The notes under the pieces: model-generated | Told to the model about the DNA's origin: nothing | Databases searched by the model: none | What the model saw: only the letters and a program-made list of their open reading frames with translations | Translations under genes and position numbers: made by a program | Shown here: positions 47,079-62,100 of the stretch, one piece after another | Layout: each line of letters starts with the position of its first letter | Numbering within the stretch: the stretch's first letter is position 1 | NCBI GenBank assembly: GCA_965216875.1 | Contig: OZ244207.1 | Location: 3,168,001 to 3,232,000, forward strand | Reading direction: 5' to 3' | Source: Rubripirellula sp. | GTDB taxonomy: Bacteria > Planctomycetota > Planctomycetia > Pirellulales > Pirellulaceae | DNA: 64,000 bases

Positions 47079-47100
47079 GTAGGACGCGGCTAGCCGCGTC
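47079..47100 (+). repeat. Single GTAG-led perfect palindrome (REP-like)
   Basis: GTAG followed by GACGCGGCTAGCCGCGTC, an 18-bp perfect palindrome in the gap between the two giant genes. Confidence 0.6.
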
Positions 47101-47171
47101 GTGGGAATGAATCAGTTTGCTTGCGAATCACAGCATTTACCGGTGAACATGATACCTGAGCGGAATCGGGA

Positions 47172-50100
47172 TCATTCGACCAAGTCTCCGAGATCGAGGT
47201 CAAATTCGTCCAGCACCGACGAGAGGACCTCATCGATGCTCTCGGGTTCGCTGGAACTTTCGTTGTCCAGGACAACCAAAGCGTCAACCGCTTGCTCGCC
47301 AGATTGAGCCTGGATGACCAAACCGTCGGTGAGCAGCGAATCGCGCGGATCTTCGATGACGGCAACGTGCTCGGCATTTCGAACGGGCAGGTTCGGCGTT
47401 CCGGCAGTCACAAAGTTCGACGACGCGGCAAGACCTGCGATCGCTTCGGGCTGAGCAATCTGAACATTGTTCAGCTGGCCCAGTCGGGTGATCACGTTGT
47501 TCGCATCCAGTGCCGAAACTTTGCCGTTACCGTTGACATCAAGGAAGTCTGGCGGTGGCGATCCGATTTCGGTGACCGGTACTTCGGTGCCGTTGCTGAA
47601 GATCAGCTTACGGCTAAGGAAGTTGATAATTCGCAGAGCATCGAGGGCAGTGGTGCGGCCGTCGGCGTTGACGTCCGTTTCCATTCCGTCGATTGGGTTC
47701 TGGTATCGCGAATCGTTCAGATCAAACGTCACGGTGACAGGATCACTGAGCCGTCCGGTTGTGTCTCGAACACGGTAAGTGAACGAGTCTTGACCGCCTA
47801 CAGCACCACTTGTGTTGGTGTAGATGAACGTTCCGTCGGCGTTGATTTCCAAATCACCCAAACTTGGACCCACGATCGACGCTGGATCGGTCACGACCTC
47901 AATGTCATCTCCGTCAGCATCGAAGTCGTTGGCAAGCAATCCGCTGGACGGATTGAGCACCTGAAGGGCCGCACCGATTGGCACATTGAATCCGTCAGGT
48001 CGTGCTTCAGGACGATCAGCCACTGGAGTGACATTCAACGTGAAGGTGTCGGCCACCACGAACTGGGCGGTATCGCGTGCTGCGATTTCGATCTCAGCCG
48101 AACCCGATTGGTCTGGTTTGAGAGTGATTCGCAGCTGTCCATTGTCCGTCGAGATCGCGTCGACCACTGGGTGGGCAGCAATCTGTGCTGCGGTCGGATT
48201 GAACAAGTTATCCAATCGCGAAACCGTGAAGGTCAACACATCACTGTTGAGCGGGTCATCGGTGATGTCTTTGTCTTCGAAGACCGTCGACAAATCACGA
48301 GTGATGATCGAATCCTCATCTGCCGTGATCTCTTGGATCGGAGCAATCACGGTTGGTGGATCAGGCGTGTTGGTGATGTTGAGCGTCACCGCACCGACAC
48401 CAGCCTCTCCATCTGGATCCTCTGCTCGAAGCGTGATGGTGGTCGTTGAGAACTGGAACGGCTGGTAGGTCAACAGCAGCAGATCATCAACCACACGTGC
48501 CTCGACCGTATCCGGATCGGACGACACGACACTGTACGTCAAGTCGTCGCCCTCGGGATCAAAGAACCAAGTGCTCAGGTTGTACGTGTCTTGCTGTGCA
48601 TCTTCCTTCGCCTCATCGCGGGTGATCGAAGTCACCTGTGAATCGCCGTTGACTCCGACAAACATCGGACCGTTGTTGACACCACCAATGTTGATGGTGA
48701 CCGTTGCCGTCGAAACGGCACCCTGCGTATCACGCACTTCGTATTGGAACGAGTCCGTGCCGCTGAAGTTCAACGGTGATTCGTAAACCAAACCTTCGGC
48801 AGTCCGCGTGATCGTGCCATTGCGGAAGGTCGAAATGGAGTCGTCGATGTTTTCCAGATCGCCCGTCAGGAAGATGTCGGGGTTCTCGTCAACTTCGTCT
48901 TGAGGTCCAGCAAAGTCGTTGTCCAGGATACCCGGAGTAAGGACGTTGTTGATTTCCGTCAAGCGGAGTGGAATCGTGAGCCCTTCACCTTCATTGATCG
49001 AGTAGGTGTCATTACCCAATCGCGGCGGATCATTCTGGGCCGCGATGTCGATGATCACGGTACCAACGGTTGCCGCAGCTTCCGACTGTCCTTGCAGTGG
49101 AATATCCGCGACGGTGTAGGTGAACGAATCAAGCGGATTGAGTGGATCGACCATGTTGTTGAAGTCAGCCGGCGGCGTGTAAATCACGCTGCGACCGTCA
49201 TCAGAAATCGCAACCGTACCGCCTTGCTCGGTCACGAACGCGCCACCACTGCTTTGCACCGACTGAATGATCATCGGTTGGTGTGACTCGTTGGCCGGAC
49301 CAGGTACATACCGATCAGCGATCAAACCTGGGACGGTTTCGCCGCCGACCAACTGATCATCCACATGGAAGACTTGTTGTTCGTCCTCGAGGATGTCGCG
49401 AGTGATTGGTGACGAATCGACAACGACTGGTGGATCGTTGACTGGTTCAACCACGATCGTTACCGAAATCGGAGTCGAGTTGACCAGTTGGGCACCTGGA
49501 TCAAACGGCTGGATATCGGTGACGCGAGCGGTGAAGACGACGCCTTCCACTTCGCCAGTCGCCGGATCGACGCTATTGAAGTCTGGAGCAGGCAGGAACG
49601 TGAACGTTCCGTCTGCGAACACCTCCAACGTCCCTGCTTCGACGCCGCTAGGCGTGGTCAACGTTCGAACGCCAACATCATCTGGGTAAATCGCAATGCT
49701 GTCGCCGTCAAGATCCACGACGCCGGTAAGCAATCCGTCATCGTTGCTGTTATCAACCGTAAAGGTACCGTCATCGAGGGCCTGCAATACGCGATCTTCT
49801 TCGACGGTGAATGCACGGTTAGGTTGACCGATCTGCGGCGGGCTGCCGGGAAGGATCAACAAGGTGTAGTCTTCGACTTCGCCGCTGAGGGCCAAACCGG
49901 TTGGTTCCAAGCCGCCATCACGCGAAACGCGGAAGCGAGCATAGGTCTCGGTCGGTGAGAGCGGGTCAGGTGTCGTGGCGGGAACAGTGACGTTGAAGGT
50001 CCGCGTGATTGCGGCACCCGCATCACTAAAGATCGCACCCGGTGTTGCAGCCGTAATGATCTGCTCGCCCGGATCGTCCCAGTCGCCATCGGCGTTGAAG

Positions 50101-53100
50101 TCAATCCATGCCTCAAGCACACCACTTCCAGAGACGGTGACGTCGATCGGCGTGGTCACACCTTTGTTCAAGACCCCTGTTGGGTTGACCGAACTGATGA
50201 AGTTGACGCCATCTTCGTCATCAGCGACCACAAAGACGCTGACCGAATCCATCGACAAGCCGGACGCAGCGAGCGGGCTGCCTGCAATCGCAACACGCAT
50301 CGCGTCAGCGATCGAATCGCGTGATGCTGGGTCAATCGGGCTGACCGGAATGTTGCCATCGGCGACGACACCATTGCTGTCGAATTCGAAGGTCGCTTGA
50401 GCGCCGTCGATCGAAATGGTGAACGTACCACCTTCGACCGCCGTCGTTTCAATTCCGCGACTGATTTCGAACACCTTGCTGTTGGAGAAGGTCGCAACTC
50501 GCAGCAGGGTGTTGACACCACTTAGCTGGACGTCAACCGCTTCCACTCCGAGCAATCGGTGACCGTTGATCAAGCCTGCTGGACGCAGTGGGCTTTCGAC
50601 AATCGCTTCCACAACGGCGTCGGCAATCGAACTCGGCGATTCCTTGTCGATCGGACGCACTGCGAAGTTGTCTTCGTCGAAGCGGCCGTCCAGGTCGAAC
50701 TCGATGGTTGCCAAGTCAACATTGGTGTTGATGGTAACGGTGTCACCATCACGTCCGTCGATATCGGCCGGCGTGTGAACCTTGATCTCAGCAGCACCAG
50801 GGACAACCGACGTTCCGAACAGTCCACCTGAACCAACGATATCGATTGTCAAGTCGTCGCCATCGGCCGATCGGACCGGTTGGCCATCGAGATCGGCGTC
50901 CACGTAGTGGCCGAGCTTCAGCTCGCCATCGACAACGTGCCGCGGTCCATCATGTTCGGCCAAGGTCGGGTAGCGACCTGGGACCTGTAGGACTGGATCA
51001 GGAGCATCACCGTAGTCGAGTTCGACCGTCGGCATCAAGATCGTGAACTGGGTCGTTGTGTCGCTGCGGTTTGCTTCCAGCAAGTTTCCAGCGAGGTCTT
51101 TGACACCTGGCAGGAAGTAGTTTGCCAATGGTCCCTCGAAGATCTCACCGTTCTCAACAAAGAAGGTTGCTCCGCCGCGATCCTCTGCCATGAGCGTCGT
51201 CACAGGGATTTCACCCGGTGGGTTGACTGCGGCAAAGGCATTCAGCAGTGAACGTTTCACTTCCGTTGCTGTGAACGCTGGCGAAATCCGAACCGGAATC
51301 GCACCACCAGGAACACCAACCACATTCAATGTCGGTGCGGCAGTCACGTCGATGACGGTGCCTGGCAGGTCATCAAGCAAGACCTGACCGGTCGGTTCCA
51401 TCACAACGTTGTTGTCGTCGTCCAAAACAGGGTTGCCATCGGCGTCAAGCACCGGTGCAAGTTCCGCTTCAGCCGAAATCCGCAATGCACCGCGGTTGTT
51501 GTTGATGGCCGCAGCAAGGCTGATGGCCACATCGCCAATGGTGCTGCCCGGCTGGAAAGCAACCGCGATGTTGTTTGGTGCAACTCCACCGCCGTTATTG
51601 ATCGACTCAAACTCAAAGCTGACCGTGGTCGTGCCTTGACGAATCGACAGCACTTCGCCGTCGCTCACAATTCCGCGACGAGTCGTCAATTGAGGCACAC
51701 CGGGAACCGAGTTGATTGGATCAACAAGGTCTGGGATACCGCCGAGATCAACGCGAGATTCACTAATGCGTCCCAGCGATACCCGACCGTTACCTTGATT
51801 GACTGCGGGGATACCAATGTTCGCTAGGTTGATTTGCGTGACCAGGTTATCGGCCAGAACGTCGACCAGATCGAAGGTGTTGAATGGCACAACAAAGGCA
51901 CCAGGCACCGAAGGCGTGGTCGCAATGTTGTTGAATTCGAAGATCACATCGTTGCCGTTGTCATCTTCGAGAATCAGCACGCTACCGTCGTTGATCTGCT
52001 GAGCACCGACCAGCGGCAACTGTAGCAGCAGGGGACCAAAGACCTGGATCGTTGATGCGCCGGTCACATCTGGCGAACCGGTCACTTCAAAGCTTGAACC
52101 CGAGACCGCGAAGCCAAGTCCCTGTTCACCGCCAACGGCAAGCAGACCGCCAGGAATGACTTGAACGTCATTCGGATCCAGGCCAGCGATCTCTTGACCC
52201 TGCAGTTGGTTCGCAATCAAACCGGCAAGTTCATCCGCGGTCGTCAGGCGGGTAATGTTGATTGGCACATGAGCATCACCAACACCATCGTCCATTGGGC
52301 CGTCAGGACCAGGCTCATCCGTTCGATTGACTTCGAGCGTGATATCGGTGCCCAGACCCGTGGGCGAGATCTGGATTGTGTCGCCGTCGACTGCGGTGCG
52401 AGCCAGTCCGACCAAACGCAGTTGTCCGCCTGGAACCGTCGCATCACCATCGATTGGCAAGTTCAAGAAGACGTTCGTGCCGTCCACTTGCGGGGTCAAG
52501 CCAAGTGGCGAGTTTGCAATCGCTCCCTGAATCTTCAGCGCGACGATTTCGGCATCGTCGGTGGTGAGAACAGGAACCGGAACATTCGTTGCCGTGTTCA
52601 AGCCGGGCGAAGCATCGGTGTCAAATTCGAAGGTCACCGAAGCCGTTCCGTTGCTGACCACAAATGTGTCGCCATCGCGAATACCGGTCAGAGGATCAAT
52701 TCCCATCTGAGGCACTTGCAGAGCCAGCGTTCTTGGCAACTGTTGCAAACCGCTTCCGCTGGTTACAGCGTAGGTGCCGGGCTCGGCACCGACCACCACG
52801 CGATCACCCAAGACTTCGACGCGAGTGTCGACGTCAAGCAAACCGAGGTTGGCTTGCGACTGAATCGCCGTTGCTACGTTGACAGCAATTTCATTGAGGA
52901 ACCGGTCCAATTCGCCGGAATCGGTTGGAGTCGGACGGCTTGGCAACGGAACTTCGACCGTACCTGGCAAGGTCGTGCCATCGCTATTGAATTCGAAGAC
53001 GACGATTGGGTTGCTACCATCGTCGATCTGGAAGATGTCGCCATCGCTCAATCCACCACCGTTGGTACCGACGCGTGGAACCACCAAAGTGATTGGCTCT

Positions 53101-56100
53101 GGCACGAGCAGTTGGTAACCCGACTCAAATTCGAACACCACGGTTCCGCCAAGCGTGTCGGTGATCGCGATTTGATCACCGTCATTGACTTCACTTGGAT
53201 CCGGTGCGACCAGCACGTTGCGGTCGCGGTTGTTCAAGGCAATTCGGTAAGAACGATCGCTTTGCCAAATGCCTGTGAGCGGCGTTAGCGTGATGGTGTT
53301 CTTGGTTTCGTCGTAGTTAAAGACGTAGTCGATTCCCTCGGTCAACAACCGATCGTTCTCGAACAACGTCAACGTCGAACCGGTCGGACGCAGCCCCGGA
53401 ATCTCTGGAATCACGACGGTGGTGTCATCGATTCCAACACCCGCAAATGGGTCGGATGCGTCGCCGTTGTCGCGAAGCTGAATGCGGAACTCGTTGTAGG
53501 TTCCGCCGGAAAGGTTGATGAAGCCGATAGCACCGTCGACATCAATACCCTCGGCATCGTTGTCGCGTGGTGTTTCGGCGATCGCCACAGGGCCAACAAA
53601 GTCGGCCAGTTCGGTTGAACCGCGATCCTTGAAGACCTGCGATCCCAAACCGCCCGGAGTCGCAAACAACGGATTGTCTGCACGAAGGACACCACCGACA
53701 TCTCGGTTCGGAGCCAGGATGTTGCTGACTGGAATGCCAACCGTGTTTTTCAACGCGGCAAAGGCGTCGCGTTCGATCAACGAGTTGGTCGCACTGTCGA
53801 TGACATAGGAACCGGCGGCAGGTTGGAAGTCGTCGCCGGCAGGGTTTTCAAGCAATGGCTCGCCGCTTGGCAAGATGACATTGAAGTCGTCATCGCCACC
53901 GTTGACGTTCGAGACGCTTACCAAAACGTCCGTCACGAGGCTCGGATCACCACCTGGCGAGAACGGAGTCGCATCCAGGTTCGTTTGGACGGCACTGTTG
54001 AGGTGTTCGTCGTATTTGAACACGGTCGCCGAAACGATCACTTCCATTGGTTTGGGGAAGTTGTCGCGAAGGAGCCGGTCGTTGTGGTCGGTGAACGGCC
54101 CAAACCGCCGCCCGAAGCCATTGATCGAAGTTTCCTCGCGAACGATGCTTTGGTGCGTGTTCACAATCACGTTGTTGACCAACGTGGGGCTCGCACCACC
54201 AGCAATCATGACACCTTGCTCGGTGATCAGTTGATCCGACTCTTGCGAGAGGTTTCCATCTCGCTCGTCGGGACCAACATAGAACATCGCCGCGGCCGCA
54301 TCGTTTAGTTCGACGTCCGCAACATTTCGCAAGAAGGTGTACAGCTCCGAAGTACCGGATGTCGTCGTGAGCGGTGCTGTCGGAATGTTGAGCCGGTCAT
54401 GTCCGAAGCCACGCTGCCAATCGGTGACCCCGAAGGTTCGGTAAACATGCGGCGGCCCGCCAGTTCTTGAAAGGTTAGGCAGCCCAGGATTGTCGTTGTC
54501 GATTCCTCCCAATGCCTTTGCCTCGACGCGATTGACTGCCGTGTTGAGGTTAAGCAAGGAACTACGGTTAATCGCATCGGTCAAGGACCGCATGATATCG
54601 GGCACACGGTCTGCTTCTGCACCGTTGGAAATACCGATTTGGTACTCAGTGCCCTGGTCGATGTCAGGAGGATTGCCTGCACCAGGTGCGAAGGTAAAGG
54701 TGACCGAGTTGCGAACATCCGGATCAACATCGCTCACCTGCGTGATGGTGATTTCCGCACCGACCAAGTCCGCACCAACCGTACCGACGTCGCGTCCGGC
54801 ACCTTGGATACCGATCACCGCAGTACGTCCGGCGAAGACGCGAATTCCAAGCTGGTAATCGCCCGTTCCACCTTCACCGCCATCTCGGCCGGAAAGGCTA
54901 TTCGGGTCGTAGTTGTCGTTACCCGATGCACTGACCGCGACGTAATAGGTTCCCTTGCGTGGTGCAAAGAAGTCGACGTACGGGTCGGCTGGGTTTGCCG
55001 CGTCGGTGACGGGGTTGTCCCGATGATCGCGAGCGGTTGTTTCCGGATCGAGGTAGCCCGGAACTTGTCCCGATTCAACAGGAGCAATCTGAGCTTCACC
55101 AAACTCGTTGAAGATTTGCAGCACCGTATCGACGCCACCAACAACTGTATCGATGTCAGCCACCAAACGGTCGCCGACGTTCAATTCGACCTTGAAGAAG
55201 TCGACGTCATTTTCGGGGCTGACCGGTCCACTGTTGTCACCGATCGATGCGGTGTGAACGTAGGACGAGCTATTGCGGTGTGCAATTCCCTGTTTGGTAT
55301 CGATCGCGTCGGCGATGATGTCATCATCTTCGCGGTCCGCCATTTCGAAGTCGAGCGATTCACGTCCGTCCGCACCGTAGATGGTGTTGTTAACGACGCG
55401 AGCAAACGGCTGTGGAGCTTCGTGAACGGGTGCCTCATTGACCTGGAATGGCGACCGACCCGCAAAGTAAACCGCACTCGCACCCTGCAACCAAACGGCT
55501 GGGTTCGGGAAGTCGGCAAAACCGCGATTGAGTGCGAAGCCTTCGAGGCTTGGATTGCGTTGGAACGGATCGATCGACATGAATGGAGTGACCAACTCGA
55601 CCATATCGTTCGTGACCAGGATGCTACCTTGAATCGCTTCAAAGATCGCATACATCAGCTCGAACGAAGTCGATGGGGGCAGCCCGCGACCGTTGTAGAC
55701 CGTACACGGCGTGTTACTGCAGTGGCGGTAGTAGATCGGCACATGACCGTCACCGTATCCGTCACCACCTGCGATTTCACCGTGACCGTTGTCACCTTGA
55801 ATGTCTTCGAACTCAAAGACAACTCGCGTGCCAGCGGCATCGATGACCATCAATGCGCCGTCATCGACTAGGTTGCCGGTGTTGTATCCCTCGATTCCGT
55901 GGATCACCAACGGCCGTGTTTCACCTTCGACCTTGATGCCAGCCATCTGAGCTTGGTCAATCGTGTTGTTGACGATGACCGCGCCAGGGGCCAGGCCACC
56001 TTGGACGGAATCGTTCAGCGTTGGCAAGTTCCGCACAGCGCCGGGATAAGTATTCCCCGCTGGTGGAAGCTGCAGGTACTGATGCTGGATTGGGAACGAA

Positions 56101-59100
56101 TCAGGATCAAAAGGATCACTCCTGATCGTTAGCTCAGGATCGTCGCGCAAGTCACGAATGTCGGTATCGCGAGTCCCGGGCTCGGTCCAAATGCCGATTG
56201 CGTTGACATCGCTGATCGTATTGGAATCAATGATGATCTGACTTTGTGGTCGCTCATGATTCACGTCACCAAACAGGTTGTCAAAGACCGCAGAGATCAA
56301 CACGTTTCCATCTGGCGAAGTCGCCAATGGGGCTCCAGTTGGTGCAAGCTCGTGTGATTCGATTTGCAGGAAGTCACCATTGATGATTCCGAACAGATTC
56401 AGGCGAGCATCTTCCATCGGCCCCGTCGCATCACCCGATGCCGAAGCGGCTTCGGCATCCAAGGTTGGCGACAGGTTGATTGCACGTCGAATGGTTTCCG
56501 CGATTTGAACCGCCGAATCGGTCGGATCAAACAAGACAGGAGCGGCGTTGAATGCCGTGAAGCCGTCGGTCGTGAATTCAAAGATCTGGCGTGTCGTACC
56601 GTCACTTAGGACGAACGTGTCACCATCAACGACTTGGTCACCAGCAGGAGCGACAATCGTGATTTCTTCGCTGTGACGCTGGTTCGTGTCAAAGTCACGT
56701 GTCAGAACGCCATCGACGTTGTATTGCGTCCCGCGACGCAGCTCCAACTGGTATTCACCTGACTGAGTGCCAAAACCACTGAAGTCGTTTTGCCCTTGTC
56801 GCGCGTTAAAGATCGTTTCACCACGCTCGGCGAAACCGACAATGAAGTCGTCAAGGTAAAGGCCTTCGCCAAACCCGAACCCGTTCGAGGTGTAATCAAA
56901 CGTGATTTGGATGTTTGTGTGCCCAGCAAAAGCATCGAGATCAACAACCTCTTGCAGCCATGCGTCATCATTTTGCAGGCCGCCGAATACTTGCCCAACC
57001 GGATTCTCGTTACTCGTAACGGTGTAGCCAACGTTGTCACCAAGCCCGGAATCAAGCAAGTAGTTGAAGTAGAACCGCGGACGATCCGCAGCCGAGTACC
57101 CGAGCAGGTCAAACGGCTCACTGGTCAACGTGCCATTGGTGAAGTTCTGGCGGTTGAAGTGAATCGATTGATTCCCCGCACCCGCTGGCACAACGTGATC
57201 TTCCACGGAGACATGCAACACATAGCTGCCCGTCACCGGCGGGGTATCGTTGGACGGTGGCTGTGCCACCCCATTGTCAATGGTAGGCGTCGTTCCCGGC
57301 GGAACGACGTAGATCATGTAGATTCCCGTATTGAGCCTTGTATCAACAAAAGGGTCAAGGCTGACGGTATTGAACACGGTTCCGTCACCACCAAGACTAC
57401 CCGCTCGGCCATCTTCGACATTACTCGTATTGATCTCTGGCGTAACAAAGAAGTTGTTGCCGAGCGAAGTGACGTCAGCGATGCGAAGTCTCAGGTCAAC
57501 GCTATTCGGATCTGGGACGAACGGTGGCGTGTCAGGATCGTCGTCATCAATACCCTGCTGGGGATTAAAGCCAGCATCAACATCGATGATGACACGAGTG
57601 TTGTCTTCCGGAATGCTGATCAGGAAGACGTCACCAGGGTCACGTGCCATGCTTCCGTTGATCGTGACGTGCGGAATAACGGCTGACGTGTTCTCAGGTC
57701 CGAAGATCGAATCGCTTCCAATCAGCGGATCATCTGCAAGCGACCAGACCAGACCGTCAAGATTGGACGCGAATCCAATCCCCGGAACGGCAAATTCGGA
57801 AAACACTCCGTCGTTGACGGGGACATCGACACTCGAACCATCGAAGTGCTCTGGCTTGCCGTGGCCAGGTTCTGCACCGCGGTTTCCAGTCACAACAAAA
57901 TCGCTAGCACCAATGGCTGCATCCGAGAACAGCTCGGGGAAACGTGGTCCGTCTGCGGTGCTTGGTGTCGAACTGTTGTCGACGCGGTCTTCGAACAAAC
58001 GCTCGACCGAGTTGACAGGCTCGCGGCGCACCAAGTCGTTTTCAAACAACTCCGAAGGCAAGCGACCATCTTCGGTCACGGCAACGTAATAGGTCCCTTC
58101 GCTCAATGCAGCCGGACCGATGAACGGATCCTGCGTGCTGACCGAACCATTGGAAAGTCGTTCCGATTCGTCGTCCTCACCAAACGGTGTGGTCAAGTCT
58201 TCGGCGATGTTGGCTCCTTGACCAAGCAAAACCAATCGAGGCTCGGCGCCACCGTAGAAACCATCTTCGTCGTAGAAGACCGAGATGTTGGTATCGGGAC
58301 GACTCAAACCAGCCGCGTAATCGATATCAAACACAACGGACTCGGTAAGCCCGTCGCCAATCGTAAAGCCTGATCCCAAAATCCCGCCAGGAATCGTTCC
58401 CACAGCACCGTTGGCTGCGAAATCGACGTCGAAACTGTAGAAGTCAACATCGAAGCCCGAATCCAACGCACCACCGACGCTGATAACGTTCGCGCGATTC
58501 TCGACCAGATTTCCGACGCCTTGGGCTCGTTGGAACGGAAACGCTACAGAACCCTCGATGGCATCGTTGCTGGCGAAGAATGGCTCAAGTTCCTCGTTCT
58601 CCTGAGCTTCACCGAGCAACGGCGAGCTGCTTGGCAGACCACGAACGTGAATCCCGTGGTTCGCATAGCGGATGTCGGTGTAGCGAGCGATGTTGCCTGG
58701 GAAGATTTGTTCTTCCGTCAATCGAATCTGGAAGCGGTAGCCGCCACCTGTCAAACCACCCTGGAAGTCATCCGGGTTTACACTGCGGCTGCGAATACGG
58801 AAGAAGTAGGGACTCTGGGCACCGGTATTCCCTGGGAGCGTGAAGTGCAAACCTGCATCACGCTCGTTGTACGACCCAAAGTCCTCGTAAAGGCCGCCAG
58901 CTCCGAACGAAGTTACCGCGTCGGGGCGTGTCTGCAATGGCGTCGCGGTGCGTTGCAACTCGGGATCGAGCAGCACCAATTGGTCACTATCTGCGACCTC
59001 TGCGAAGCTGTCGTCACTACGTGCCACCACACGACCTTGAGCGTCGAGCACTTCAAGCACGGTGTCATTGGTGTAGAGGGTACGATCGACGTCGATCCAA

Positions 59101-62100
59101 ACTTCGGTTCCGGCGTACCCCGTGAAGGCGTAGGTATCAACGTCCGTCGAACCGGCGAGATATCCTTCGACCTCGAAACCAAGGCGAAGCTTTTCGTCGC
59201 TGGCGGTGATCCGTTCGGCCAAGAATCCGAGTTCCTGGGCGTTGACCGTCGTTCCATTGAGACCTGGAGCTGATTCGGTCGACAGTTCCGATTCCAAGAT
59301 GAAGTCGGCGTTGTAATCGTTGCTGTACTGATCGAAGAAGACACTTCGCCAATCGTTTGGCTCTGCACGCGATCCGATACCATCGCCGTTGTTGTCAGTG
59401 AACTGCGATCCGTCCGGTTTCAAACCGGCACCAACGCTGTCGTCACGGAAGCTTGTCAAAACAACCGGGGCACCCGGGAAACCGATCAACTGAACCGTAC
59501 CGCCGACCCGATCCAAGATGTCGCTTTCGTCACCACGCGCGGTCAGACCTGTTCCGGGCGTTTGACCAGCAACACCACCGGGACCTGAAAGCTTCACAAC
59601 CAAGCTTTCATCGGGACGGCTGATCAACCGCAATCCACCGCTGCTGTGGAAGTTGTTGACAATGACCGAATCAAAGAGCAAGTGAACGATGTCGGTATCG
59701 TCCCAGACCGATTCGGTGGTCAGATTGCCGCCGCGGATCTCCATCCCGGTGACTTCGTTGTCTTCGTAGCGATTGAATCGAACCATCGGGCCACGGTTAT
59801 CATCCAATTCGCTGAACCGCTCGTTGGATCCCGTTTGACGTCCGTAGTCGAGACGGTAGTCGCCGTGCAACGAATCGGAGTCAATGTCGATAATCGTGCC
59901 GCGATTGTTGGTGAAGGTGTTTCCAACAATGATCGGGTCGGTACCGCGAGCAAAGATGGTCGCTGGCGTGACGGCAAGTCGACCGAATCGTCCCTCAGGA
60001 CCGGCACCTTGCTGGCCCGAGTCGTTGAACTCGAACCGCGAATTGGTCACACGCGCTTCGGCTTGATGCAATTCCAAAGGCAAGAAACCGCGACTCAGGC
60101 CGCCTTCGATGTTGCTGATACCACCGCCGTAAGCCACGACCGCGTTATCAAAGCTAACCACGGCAGTTGGTCCGGCGTAGATACCTGACCAATCGCCAAG
60201 TGATGGCGGCAGGTTGCCGTTGAACAGGTCACGGTCATTGTTGGTGTCGAACGTTCCGCCGGCACCAAAACGATCGTCCAGCGAACTGGTAAAGACGACT
60301 GGATCGGAAGTCAAACCTTCGGCGAGGAATTGTGTGCCTTGGCCAAGTTCGATACGTGAACCGCGGAACTTCATCACCAAACCAGGATCAGCGACCAACG
60401 ACGCGTCGAGGCGTCCTCGGATGCCCTGGCGTGAAAGGTCCAGTACACCGTCGCTTGATGAGCCGTTATCGATGAAACCGATACTGGATGCATCCAGGTC
60501 GGCAACCAACACAAACTCGAGGGCACCACCGGTGTCCATCGCACGATAGATGCGACGTGAGACGTAGTCGGTGTTTGGATCGACCACAGGCAGGCCGATC
60601 ATTTCGACGCTTGTGTTGTCGATCGTCGTGATCGTGAACACGTCGTCGCTGGCGCGTGACTCGAAACCATCGTTATCAACGAAGGTCATCTTGTAGAGAT
60701 AGGTTCCATTGGCAAGTTGTCCGCCACGCAAAACGCGTCCGGAGACCAAACCGACCGACGGAGCAAACCCATCGTTGATCGATCCGCCAGGCTTGCCTTC
60801 GACTGCGAGATTCTCTGGCACGTAGTGAACCAACTCGGTGTCGTCAAAACGCGCGGCAACAGTGAATGGGCGTGGAGGCGATGTTGGCGTGGTTGCCACT
60901 CGAATCATCACGCCATTGACACTGTTGTCGAGCACAAGGTTGTTGTGCATCTCAGGACCGACTCGGTCGTAGTCGGCCGTGAACGATCCGCCCTGTTGGA
61001 AACGCGGCTCTTGGAAGCTCGTTTCTTCAAAGCTATTGGGGGCCGCACTAATTGCAGCATCCGCACTTTGCGTGATCTCGTTGAAGGTGATCGTCGGACG
61101 CAGATTGACGATCTGGATCGGATTGATCAGCTGCTGGATGGCATCGGCAACAATGTTGCTACTACCGCCATAGCGAAGCTCGGCGTGATTGACGCGTTGC
61201 AGGAAGATACCTTCGTCTTCCAGATCGCGTCGCCCTTGAGCCTGATCAACGTCACGTCGATAGACGATACCGCCCCAGTCGCCAGAAGCAGCAGGAATGC
61301 TGTTGCCCGCCGCCGCAAAGTCGACATCTCGGTCACGTACGCTAGTCAGAATCACACGACCATCGTCATAACCTGGGCTGAAGACGTTGTCATCGCCAAG
61401 CAGCGTTGTCTTCACTGGCGCGTCGCCGGTGCTCAACTGCACAAGTCGCGGTGCACCGAGGATTTGCAAGACACTGTTGCTACGATCGACTTGGACCGTG
61501 CTACTACCGGCAACAATTCGCGCCGCACGCAGCTTCAGCACCGCGCCGGCGTCGATCATCGTGGTCACGCCCTTGGGCACTTCCATCATCCGGCCATCTT
61601 CCAGCACGGCTCCGCCCGTGTCAGCCAGACCGATTTGGTAGCTGAAGTTGTCGATTTCGGTTGTGATGTCGCCGTCCGCACCACCGTTGCCGACAATTCG
61701 CACAATGTCGCCTTCGAGTGTTGCATCGAACGCGTTGGCGACAACGGGATTGCTGATGTTGTTGAACGGATGATCCAAACTTCCGTCGGCAAGTGGGCCG
61801 GCAGTTTTGTCAACAAAGATGTTGCGACCGAAAATCTCTGCGCCGCGGAAATCTGCCGACACTTCAATGGTGCGTTCGCCAATGAAGCTAACGTTGGACG
61901 TCCCCGGTGTTGGCAGCAACGAGACGCCGGTCTCGCCCTGACGCTGATTAACCGCCGCCGCAAGTGCTTGAGCCAAACCGAACGATGGAGTCGGGAAACC
62001 GTTGCTTCCGTCGCTGTAATTGACAGGAATATTGCCCGGTCGTGATGTACTACCAAGCGGAACAAACTCGTAAGTTCGCGTCACGCCGTTGCCACTGATG